From Bdellovibrionales bacterium (lineage in GTDB: Bacteria; Bdellovibrionota; Bdellovibrionia; Bdellovibrionales; UBA1609), in the NCBI GenBank assembly GCA_965205945.1, contig CBDBIB010000001.1:544001-608000 (forward strand): a stretch of 64,000 nt of DNA, given 5' to 3'. Numbering within the stretch: the stretch's first letter is position 1; the number at the start of each line of letters is the position of its first letter. Below the pieces are notes generated by a model that saw nothing but the letters and a program-made list of their open reading frames with translations, was not told where the DNA came from and ran no database searches. Of the stretch, positions 31,401 through 39,320 are shown piece after piece. A program made the position numbers and the translations under genes.

Positions 31401-33190
31401 ATTTCTGAAGGTCCTTTAATACCAATAAAATTAGGAGGAGGTGTCACGTCAAAAACTGTTGTCGATCTAAAAACCCCTGTTGTTGAGCAATTCTGTACAC
31501 CAAATGGGGACTCTGTCATGTCACATGCTTCTACTAAAGCATAAACATCATCATTATCTAAAATTGAAAATTCAGTATTGGAAATTGATGCACCCGTTGA
31601 CGACACTGCATGGCTTTTTAATAAAACTACAGGGTTTTGAGGAAGTTCGGATTGATTTGCCCATAATGTTATTTTATACTCTTTAATATCAGAAGCCGTG
31701 CTTGCATTCCATGAAAGGTCTAAAAATTGGCTCTGATCATTAAAAGCTATTCCTTGAATACCAATAAAATCTGGAGGCGTGATGTCTAATGTGTTTAGTT
31801 GTAATGAATTGTTATTTGTTGAAATATTCCCTGCTAAATCAACAACCTTAATACATACGGAATGATATAATTTTTCACTTAAACCTATTAAATCAAAATT
31901 TACGACTGCTTGAGCCGTATAGTTTGAAACATTAAGCTCTTCTTGTTGTACTCCAGAGACACACGAATTACTTGTAATCGGAGATGGACTAGATAATAAA
32001 AAAATTCTATACTTGTCTCCGCCATTTATAGGATCTACAAGTTCTGTAGCAATCCCTATCCACGATAAAGACATAACAGAGTCTGCAGGAACTCCTCTAA
32101 CCATATTTAAAATCCCACCAAAACTTGGAGGTGTAATATCTACTACATTAATTGTCTGAAAACTTGAGACTACAGATCTATTCCCCGTAGGATCTTCATC
32201 TTGAACAATAATATTATATGTTTGACCTTCTTGAAGAGAACTCAGATCTAATTCTTGCGGAGGAGAATGTAAATCATCACCTGATAAAAGATATGTTTTT
32301 TCTAATACGTAATCTCCAATGTTTGTTCCCCCTGTAGCACCTTTACGTACATATATATATCTTCTAGAAATTCCCCCTTGAACCTGTGTCCAAGGTGCTG
32401 TTATTTTTAAAATTCCATTTTCAAGAGCTAATTTAGAGGCTCCGGTAGTAAGCGGAGCTCCACCATCAGAAGTAAACACTGTTTGTTGAACTGTATTAGT
32501 TTCACAAGTGTCACCCTCTGAACAAGCCCTTACACCAAAAACATAATTAAGCTCATCACCCAGACCACTAAGTACCACCTCTGCTGGACTTCCTTGTAAA
32601 ACAACAGCCCTTGGAGGGGCTGTCCAATCTAGATTGCTGCCTACATTCGCAAAAATTTTATATGAATAAGCCGACACTGGATCATCAGCAATAGATGACT
32701 CCCATGTCACTTTTACTGAATGTGGATCTACTTCTACAGCTGCTGTAATTCCTATAAATACCGGAGCATTGATTGCAAGTGTAGACAATTGAAGATTATT
32801 TGTTCCTTCAGACCACACACCATCAACTAAAGCCTCACATGTATATAAATATGTAGCACCCTCTCTAAGCCCATCATCATCTATATGAGAAGTTATAGCA
32901 TTTGCTCTAGAAAACTCTGCAATTTGATTTCCGTTTCTTCTAAGTCTAATTCTTAAAGCTTCTTCTGGAAAAAGGAAATTTAATTCTATACTTTTTGTTC
33001 CAACACCCTGCCCATCTACACAACCAATATAATCAAACTTACCCTCACCTTCACCACCAGAACCCCCTACACCCCCACTACTACTTGTAGCCTGACCTGA
33101 GATGCTCTCTATAACACAACCCGTTTGCGCTACTAAAACCACAATAAAGCTAAATAAATATATTTTTTTTATGAAAGACTTAAAACTCAT
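28406..33190 (-). CDS. Large Cys-containing surface lipoprotein or adhesin with Fn3-like repeats, an IPT/TIG domain and a GLUG-repeat domain
   Basis: Signal ending QTG-C. Repeated D-x-T-P-P-x-F-x-G-I modules. GPVQGNQLIVVYGTGF..LTCITP (IPT/TIG). AGSGESIADPYII, many VGGLIG repeats and WDF..W..NGYPQL (GLUG-type). Confidence 0.8.
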   Translation of the reverse strand: MSFKSFIKKIYLFSFIVVLVAQTGCVIESISGQATSSSGGVGGSGGEGEGKFDYIGCVDGQGVGTKSIELNFLFPEEALRIRLRRNGNQIAEFSRANAITSHIDDDGLREGATYLYTCEALVDGVWSEGTNNLQLSTLAINAPVFIGITAAVEVDPHSVKVTWESSIADDPVSAYSYKIFANVGSNLDWTAPPRAVVLQGSPAEVVLSGLGDELNYVFGVRACSEGDTCETNTVQQTVFTSDGGAPLTTGASKLALENGILKITAPWTQVQGGISRRYIYVRKGATGGTNIGDYVLEKTYLLSGDDLHSPPQELDLSSLQEGQTYNIIVQDEDPTGNRSVVSSFQTINVVDITPPSFGGILNMVRGVPADSVMSLSWIGIATELVDPINGGDKYRIFLLSSPSPITSNSCVSGVQQEELNVSNYTAQAVVNFDLIGLSEKLYHSVCIKVVDLAGNISTNNNSLQLNTLDITPPDFIGIQGIAFNDQSQFLDLSWNASTASDIKEYKITLWANQSELPQNPVVLLKSHAVSSTGASISNTEFSILDNDDVYALVEACDMTESPFGVQNCSTTGVFRSTTVFDVTPPPNFIGIKGPSEILTPREGEFTVKWNAPADWTDYRGFRVYQVDPLTNVLTLMRTCPCADYGCSDNITQCTVNGLDSYRTYRLHVRAYDNVNNETLYLDPVSNYSDKRTIDSTAPIFDSKLTIGASPTFVLSWDSAIDNQYASEPGAEIRYEIYSNNAPFDFLNPSRPSGNLKTSTTMLSFQDSGLIEAQIYYYTVCAKDASNNTTCDQLTRNLNVPDVTPPSIINLVSTKTIKSKVWELEWEMSDNTSDNADLQVEIRRRVSEMGDLAANTDEVVYRGLGSTLITNGTISTANALNLDPLSGPPDLNRKINYLLIVRDEQGNESRANVTVDINNILTITSVKGTAGPVQGNQLIVVYGTGFSSDNDNGVGEDTEVLISGKTCTNVNVLSEKALTCITPQAQAPGGVEVRVRTKVNNPAFLGNIVKSEDTLSNGYTYSFSPTLCEDTNSWDTHFAAGSGESIADPYIICDETHLANVRQNSDSGKYYKLGKNIDLMNISFDPLGNTTQKFSGNFDGDGHIILNWTYNNAQFNVGFLGHVIGDFQVSNLGLVNVDITATQSVGGIIGVAEGGNNKTGLISNVFVTGNITAEDYVGGLIGRKSGEHLNFEVTESYFIGTVTASGLTGYGGGIVGLSGPNLGGVFSSIYSEGMVTGTNNIGGLFGNLGENKQLKSSFSRAVVQATGNTAGGLVGEVKSGASITNSYTENGAVLAVDNVGGIAGTLEGTVINVYSKIPVTSTGRRAGGVIGYASNASISNVYSTANHNVMNSSGGLIGEMLNSTLSNSYATGGLVSGGSEVGGLIGKVSVGELETSLISKSYSKGLVDTSFSGVGGLIGSIDGASNSTLSISEVFSTSQVGTNFAVQNLQYGGLVGKINASSGSSVNILNCYSLGAVYAGSQAGGLIGGYDFIGGSIIINNCYSASAVLGGPTNRGGVLGKSDGNFYTINNSFWDKEVSTKAFATGNGSITIGSSVSGHTTMEMQDYDNSIYTGWDFITIWIVPVNGYPQLRFIN

Positions 33191-33229
33191 CTTCTCCCCT
33201 TAAAATTAAAAAGCATTCTTCTCTGTATA

Positions 33230-33257
33230 CTTTCGGCAAAAAATTCTATTCAGCTTA
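33230..33257 (-). promoter_or_regulatory. Putative sigma28/FliA-type promoter of the 1594-aa surface protein
   Basis: Minus strand TAAG-N16-GCCGAAAG, about 40 nt upstream of the ATG. Confidence 0.6.
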
Positions 33258-33594
33258 AATACTTTAATAAGTTTAATTATTTATTTAGTCATAAGTCTAA
33301 AAAACAAAATTAAGTAACTTAAATTTAAGCCTTAGCAAGACTTAAATCTTAACTAAATTAAAAATCACTAATTTAAACAATGATACTTCTTAGTTTTCCA
33401 TCTTTTTTGTAGACCCTAAGAAGCAAAGCACCATTAAGGTTTAAATCACTGCTTATTAAATACAAAACACCTATTTGACACATTATCGTTTGCAAAAGTG
33501 TCAAAACCTTTAGTATCTACTGAAGAAATTTCAATTACTTTTATTCAAACGACTTAAACTTGACCCCAACATGCCTAAATTTTAAACATGTCTT

Positions 33595-34221
33595 ATGAGT
33601 AAGTTAAGATCAGTCACAGTAAAATCAGCTGTTTACGCTTGTTTAATGGGGGCTGTAGGGACCATAATATTATACGTTCCTTCTAATTGGTTTTTTAATG
33701 CCAAGAATAAACAAACTCTTATTCAGTCCACTGGCTTAGGAAAAACCTTAGATAATAAGATTTTTCCCATTGGAACAAAGCTTCCTCCCTTTAGTTTTAC
33801 AGATTTATTATCCGGAGAAATTTATCTTTTAGAAAAAGATTTAAAACCCATTAAGATTATAAATTTTTGGGCAAGTTGGTGTAAGCCTTGTGTGGAGGAG
33901 TTTTCATCCTTTGCCCGGTTAATTAAACAATTAAACAATCAAGTTTCTTTTATAGGAATAAATGAAGATAAAACCGTTGATACCGCAAAAGAGTTCTTAA
34001 AAGCTTTTAGTACAGATTTTAAAAATCTTAAGGGAACTTATTTTGGGTTTGATCAAGACAAGACCTTATTAAAAAAATATGGGGTTCTAGCTCTCCCAGA
34101 GAGTTTTTTAGTAGACCCTCATGGAAAACTTATTCAAAGAGTCTCAGGTTTTGAAAACTGGGACACTCCAGAGGCTATAAAGTATTTTAAAAATCTACTT
34201 AACAAATATAAGAAACGATGA
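33595..34221 (+). CDS. TlpA/ResA-family thiol:disulfide oxidoreductase
   Basis: N-terminal membrane anchor; INFWASWCKPC and YGVLALPESFLVD motifs. Confidence 0.92.
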   Translation: MSKLRSVTVKSAVYACLMGAVGTIILYVPSNWFFNAKNKQTLIQSTGLGKTLDNKIFPIGTKLPPFSFTDLLSGEIYLLEKDLKPIKIINFWASWCKPCVEEFSSFARLIKQLNNQVSFIGINEDKTVDTAKEFLKAFSTDFKNLKGTYFGFDQDKTLLKKYGVLALPESFLVDPHGKLIQRVSGFENWDTPEAIKYFKNLLNKYKKR

Positions 34222-35195
34222 TCATGGGATTTTTTAAACCTTATTTTAAACTTAATAAAGTTCTACTACAAAGTATGAGTGGAATAGTGTTTCTTATCAA
34301 TCCAAGCATTGAAGTAATTAAGAATGATTATAACTTAACAGATAAAAAAATAATTCAGCTCCCTTTTGAAATGGACAATGAGTACTTTAAAACACCTAAA
34401 GAAATTGATACGTTTTTTTTATCAGCTAACAGGGTGAGTACTAAGAATATTAATAAGTATCTTACAATATATAAACCGTTAATTTTAAGTGCTTCTAATA
34501 TTTTTAAAATACCTTTTTCATTTCAATCCTGTTTAATTTTTAAAGAATCAAGATTCGATAAGAATGCCTTAAGTGCAGTGGGTGCTATGGGAATGGCCCA
34601 GTTTACAAAAGATACTTATCACTTCTTATCTAGAGCCTTACGCATAGGGCAAAATTCTTTAGAACATAAAAGAAAAAAAATACTAAATACAAGTGAATTC
34701 TTTTTTGTTGAATCTAATAGCAACAAACTTTCATACCCTAAGTATAATACAAGAATTTTCACTAAAATATATAGAATGTGGCTGGCATACTTAATAAGCA
34801 ATGACTTAAAAGAAATAAACTTAAGCTCTAAATCATTTAAAAATATATTATATAAACCAGAGTATTCAATAGGGTTATCTTCAATGTACTTGTACTACTT
34901 AAAGTATCGTGTACGGTATGGAATACGTAAACATATTGATGATGAAGATCCTAATGATCCAAATTTTATCCTCAGCATTGCAGGAGCTTATAATCAAGGC
35001 CCTAGACGAGTTCTTAAAGCTATAAAAAAAGATAGTACACCAAAATTTTTAACATTGATTGCATATCAATCTAAAATTAGAGAAACAAAAGACTACATCA
35101 GCTCAATTAGAAATTGTATGAGGAAAAATTCAAATACAGATTATGTGTTAAAAAAGCATCTAAATACTAAAAAAATAACTTTAATTAATCTTTAA
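34218..35195 (+). CDS. Lytic transglycosylase (SLT domain)
   Basis: KESRF..A.S..GAMGMAQF, AGAYNQGP and ETKDY motifs; ATGA overlap with the TlpA gene. Confidence 0.85.
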   Translation: MIMGFFKPYFKLNKVLLQSMSGIVFLINPSIEVIKNDYNLTDKKIIQLPFEMDNEYFKTPKEIDTFFLSANRVSTKNINKYLTIYKPLILSASNIFKIPFSFQSCLIFKESRFDKNALSAVGAMGMAQFTKDTYHFLSRALRIGQNSLEHKRKKILNTSEFFFVESNSNKLSYPKYNTRIFTKIYRMWLAYLISNDLKEINLSSKSFKNILYKPEYSIGLSSMYLYYLKYRVRYGIRKHIDDEDPNDPNFILSIAGAYNQGPRRVLKAIKKDSTPKFLTLIAYQSKIRETKDYISSIRNCMRKNSNTDYVLKKHLNTKKITLINL

Positions 35196-35241
35196 GGTTG
35201 AAAATTAAAACAAGTTAGTTTAATTTCGTTTTTTCTTAAAT

Positions 35242-35318
35242 GGTGGCATAGCTCAGCTGGATAGAGCAACAGCCTTCTAAGCTGTGGGTCCCAGGTTCGA
35301 ATCCTGGTGCCATCACCA
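35242..35318 (+). tRNA. tRNA-Arg (anticodon TCT)
   Basis: GGTGGCA acceptor pairs with TGCCATC. D-arm GCTC/GAGC, anticodon stem ACAGC-CTTCTAA-GCTGT, T-arm CCAGG-TTCGAAT-CCTGG, and encoded CCA; 77 nt. Confidence 0.98.
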
Positions 35319-35417
35319 TTTTTTTAAAATCTATTTTAATCCAAAAATTTATAAAACCCACTTTTTTCTATTTATTTAAGTGTTTAGACTACAGACCTTT
35401 TTTAATTAGTAGATTAG

Positions 35418-35585
35418 GTGGCGAAAAAAAAGAGGACAGAAAGTAAAGCCAAGCTTGCTTTAGGACTGGATATTAAAAACTCTTATCTTTCACGAGTCCT
35501 TAAAGGACACAGTGACCTTACTTCTAAGCAGGCATATAAGTGTTTAATTTTTTTTAAAGCTTCAGCGAGTTTAAATGAAATTTAG
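35418..35585 (+). pseudogene. 55-aa XRE-type HTH fragment, probable remnant of a TIGR02147/DUF4423-like gene
   Basis: GTG..TAG gives MAKKKRTESKAKLALGLDIKNSYLSRVLKGHSDLTSKQAYKCLIFF.., an HTH pattern (KLA..L.I..SYLSRVLKG..DL...QA). Confidence 0.55.
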
Positions 35586-35630
35586 TTATTAAAAAAAGCC
35601 GAGTCTAAACTACCGCACATTAACAGTGCC

Positions 35631-38600
35631 TTAAAATTTCCCAACTACGTTAAAAAACCACCCATAACTATTAAAACTAAAATTTATAAGATCATCATTA
35701 AACCTAGTAAAGTTAAAACCTGTTCCCACTTTTAAATTGCCACCAAGGTGATAATCTAAGCCTACTAAAAAACCTTTTTGCAGATCTTTTGACTCTTTAA
35801 CCTGAACAAGCCTGTATTCAAAAATACCATCCCATTTTTTAATAAAATGATATCTTAATCTAATCTGTTCGAATGTAAGAGTTGTATCAACCCACAAACC
35901 ACTGTTTCTATTCACTCTTTGAGAGCCGATTTTTTGAGCAAGCCTTGCTCCCAACTCCCAACGCCTATTTAAGTCATATGTTCCCTCAACCGATCCAATA
36001 TGAACCTTCTGACTACCGCGAGCATTTGCTTGTGCTTGTGAATCCAAATCATACAGATACGTATATCTAGCAAAAAAATTCCAACGGTCTCTAAAAATAG
36101 GTCTAAGTGCATAACCTAAGTTCCCCTCTATATACCTTGCTAAAGCCTGAGTTGTATCCGTTGGATCTTCAGACAAAGAATAGTCTGCCTCTAAAAACCA
36201 AGTACTAGACGGACTCACTTTAAATTTTAAAGAGTTCGTTAATAACAACTGATCCAAATTTGTAACACCTTTATTCTTAACCAAAGAAACCTTAGAAGAT
36301 GCTGTAATATCTGTGTCTTTTGTATAAACAAACCCTAAACTAACAGCATTTTTACTTGTAACATCTCCTGTTAAATCGCTTTTAAGATCTCCCATTTGAT
36401 ATGAAAATGTCATCGATAACATTCTATTTAAGTTATAATCTAAACCATATAATTGGTTAATTCCAACACTGTCTCCTGTTTCTTGAAACTGATTTTCCGT
36501 AGTCATTCTTATTCCATTTTTAAAACTCTTACTCTGCCCAAGAGTAATCCCATTAGTAACAGGGCCACTTAAACTATCTACAGATTTATCTAAATTAGCA
36601 TATACCTTATGACCTTCTGTCACATTATAGCCAAGACCTGCCACTACAGCCTCTCCCCTATCTCCATTAGAATACTCTGTTGCTCCATCCCATTTACGAT
36701 TAATCTTAAACTTAGATCCTAATGCTGCACGATCATTTTTTCCGTAGCCACCCTTATACTTAGTAGTTGTTTGCCCTTTGACATAAACACTTAAACCAGG
36801 TTCTAATTTTTGACTATACTTTAGCCCAATTAAATGCCCTTCTTTTTTAGGCACAGATAAAGCTTCACTACTATCAATACGATACTCTAGACTGCTGCTA
36901 GCAGCACCCTCTTTAAACCTTCTACCATAAGAAATTATAAACGTATTTTTATCTACCCCATCTATCTCTTTTAAAAGGGCCATTTTAGATTTAATGATAT
37001 CTTTTTTATTAACATCAATCTCAAAATCATAACCATATTCTTTTAAATCATTTTGTGCTTGCCTTCTTGCAGTAGAAAACCCCTCTTCGTAGTCTCTATA
37101 CCATGTAGAAAAAACACCTTCTACTTTTGATTCCACAAAATCATTTAAAAAAAACTGTGACTCTACACCCCATGCTTTAGCTTTTGTAATAGGAGTTGCT
37201 GCCACAGGCTTTGCAATAAAACTCAACCCTCCATCTGTTGATTCAAAATTAGACCCTGACTGAATATCTTTTGTTTCTGAAGTTTCAGCCTTAACAAAGC
37301 TCTCTTTACCTAATCTTAATGTTGCATCTAAACCTGAAAGGTTATACTCAGATTTAATCCTACTTTCTTTCACATGTGTTCCACCTATGGAAACATAATC
37401 ACCAACCCACTGTTCAAGCCTCCCCCCATAAGTAAGAGTATTTAAGCTACCTCCTGTATCACTATATTCATAATCTGCAATTAAATAGTATTTATTATTT
37501 CCTATTCCATCAGGATCTATAACTTCATTAGAAGACTGCATCACAAACGTTGTTAAAGGTTGTGTAAGAACAACTCTTCCAGCCAAATAATCAAACTCGT
37601 AATGCTCATAAGGTTTTAATACAATCTGCTCTTTTAAACGCCCTGAATCTCTATACCTAACCTCAATAACTAGTTTCTCAGAGCCCTGTACAATATCATT
37701 ATGCTTTAATATATATAATCTACTACCTGTTCCTAAAAACTCATTGTGACCGAAAAGTGTTTCTGGTTCAGAAATAAAACCTGTAATTTTTGTTTTTTCT
37801 TCACCAAATTTTGTTTGAGATCTAGATTTGTGTTTTATATGTCCTCCATATAAAGTTCTATTGTATTGTGAAAATAAAGTGCTGGTTAAACCAGAATTTG
37901 CGTTACCCCACATAGCATGAGATTTATCCACTTCAATTTTTATATAAATTTTTCCTAATGTTGGAGTTGTTTGAATTGTTGTTGAATTATCACCGTATAC
38001 AGGGTAATATCTATCCGGATCTAATCTTCTAAACAAAGCCTCAGAATTTTTACGATGTAAGCCTTTAAAAATATCTCTAACATCCCCTTCTGTTGTATCT
38101 AATTTTGAAGTGAGCAAATACTTTCCTTTAACTTTTCCTTTTAAAAAATATGCTAATCTACCATCTAAAAAAACCTTTCCATCATATTCATCCGTGCTTA
38201 CGATTCCTGCAACTTTCTCACTTAAGCGATTTTCTCCAACCCTCATGTCGGCAAGTCCAATCATAAAAAAATATTTTCCAGAAACATCTACACTAAAAGG
38301 CACAGTAAAAACCTCATTGTTTGTCTTATCTTGAATGTCAATTTTGATTTTATGTTTCCCTATTGGAAAGTGTTCTTCAATAACAAATTTACCTTGCTCA
38401 TCTACTCGAACAGACTGACCTCGATAAGAAATGAAATGATCTTTTGGTATATTATTACCCACAAGTCTTACACGGCTACCTTTTATTACAATGTTTTGTT
38501 TTTCAACACTAGAATGACCCCAAATCTCAGCAATAGCATTGGACTCAATAAAACTATCTTTTTCATCTAAATTCTGATTTACAGATTTTTTAATAAAGGT

Positions 38601-39320
38601 GATTTTTTTAACTCTTACAATATCAAAAACTCTCTTTGACTCAAAAACTTTAAATTCATAATATAAAGAATCTCCAATATTATATTCTTTTTCATCAAAC
38701 TTATACTCTATATCATAAATAGAATTTGAATCTCCCTTTAAAGTTTTAATATCTATTTGAGAACTAAGTTTTCCTTTTTTAAATATCCTAAGTTCCCAAT
38801 TTTTAATAAAGGGTAAATAATTTGTATAAACTCTAAATTTAAGGCTGCCTGGTTTAAGCTCTACTTCTTTTTCAGTAGTGATCTCTAGCTGTGGAGATGT
38901 TATACCAGAATCTTCCGTCGCCCATATGGCAGCACCGTTTCTTAAACGAACTCTCCCTTCATAAAAAACATCAACTCTTCTTTGAAGTTGAAGTTCATTA
39001 TCTAGGTCTTTTCTCATTTTAACTGTTGTCACATCTTTAGAATCTAAAGCTCCATCTTTTTTTTCTTCCCCAGATGCAGGGCCTCTCAATTTTTCAGGTT
39101 CAGGGTAATCCTCTCCAAAACCTTGCGCTTCAAACATCCCCTTAGTTTCTTTCGGGTAACCCTTTGTAAACGCTGCTGGCACTCGACCTTTTGCATTATC
39201 TAACTCTAGATTCCCCGGAGTAACCTCTGCATTTGAAACTCCTACTGAGAGAAACAACAGGCAGAAGACAAAAACTTTTTTATCTACTTTCCTCTTTATT
39301 TTTCCCATCATATTCTCCAC
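35631..39320 (-). CDS. Large outer-membrane protein with a C-terminal beta-barrel; partner of the giant DUF11 protein
   Basis: Signal peptide (true start may be ATG 39311 or 39308). DGRLAYFLKGK and DPDRYYPVYGDNS motifs. Long amphipathic beta-strand C-terminal half ending YGWFFNVVGKF with terminal Phe. Overlaps the end of the giant gene. Confidence 0.8.
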   Translation of the reverse strand: MENMMGKIKRKVDKKVFVFCLLFLSVGVSNAEVTPGNLELDNAKGRVPAAFTKGYPKETKGMFEAQGFGEDYPEPEKLRGPASGEEKKDGALDSKDVTTVKMRKDLDNELQLQRRVDVFYEGRVRLRNGAAIWATEDSGITSPQLEITTEKEVELKPGSLKFRVYTNYLPFIKNWELRIFKKGKLSSQIDIKTLKGDSNSIYDIEYKFDEKEYNIGDSLYYEFKVFESKRVFDIVRVKKITFIKKSVNQNLDEKDSFIESNAIAEIWGHSSVEKQNIVIKGSRVRLVGNNIPKDHFISYRGQSVRVDEQGKFVIEEHFPIGKHKIKIDIQDKTNNEVFTVPFSVDVSGKYFFMIGLADMRVGENRLSEKVAGIVSTDEYDGKVFLDGRLAYFLKGKVKGKYLLTSKLDTTEGDVRDIFKGLHRKNSEALFRRLDPDRYYPVYGDNSTTIQTTPTLGKIYIKIEVDKSHAMWGNANSGLTSTLFSQYNRTLYGGHIKHKSRSQTKFGEEKTKITGFISEPETLFGHNEFLGTGSRLYILKHNDIVQGSEKLVIEVRYRDSGRLKEQIVLKPYEHYEFDYLAGRVVLTQPLTTFVMQSSNEVIDPDGIGNNKYYLIADYEYSDTGGSLNTLTYGGRLEQWVGDYVSIGGTHVKESRIKSEYNLSGLDATLRLGKESFVKAETSETKDIQSGSNFESTDGGLSFIAKPVAATPITKAKAWGVESQFFLNDFVESKVEGVFSTWYRDYEEGFSTARRQAQNDLKEYGYDFEIDVNKKDIIKSKMALLKEIDGVDKNTFIISYGRRFKEGAASSSLEYRIDSSEALSVPKKEGHLIGLKYSQKLEPGLSVYVKGQTTTKYKGGYGKNDRAALGSKFKINRKWDGATEYSNGDRGEAVVAGLGYNVTEGHKVYANLDKSVDSLSGPVTNGITLGQSKSFKNGIRMTTENQFQETGDSVGINQLYGLDYNLNRMLSMTFSYQMGDLKSDLTGDVTSKNAVSLGFVYTKDTDITASSKVSLVKNKGVTNLDQLLLTNSLKFKVSPSSTWFLEADYSLSEDPTDTTQALARYIEGNLGYALRPIFRDRWNFFARYTYLYDLDSQAQANARGSQKVHIGSVEGTYDLNRRWELGARLAQKIGSQRVNRNSGLWVDTTLTFEQIRLRYHFIKKWDGIFEYRLVQVKESKDLQKGFLVGLDYHLGGNLKVGTGFNFTRFNDDLINFSFNSYGWFFNVVGKF

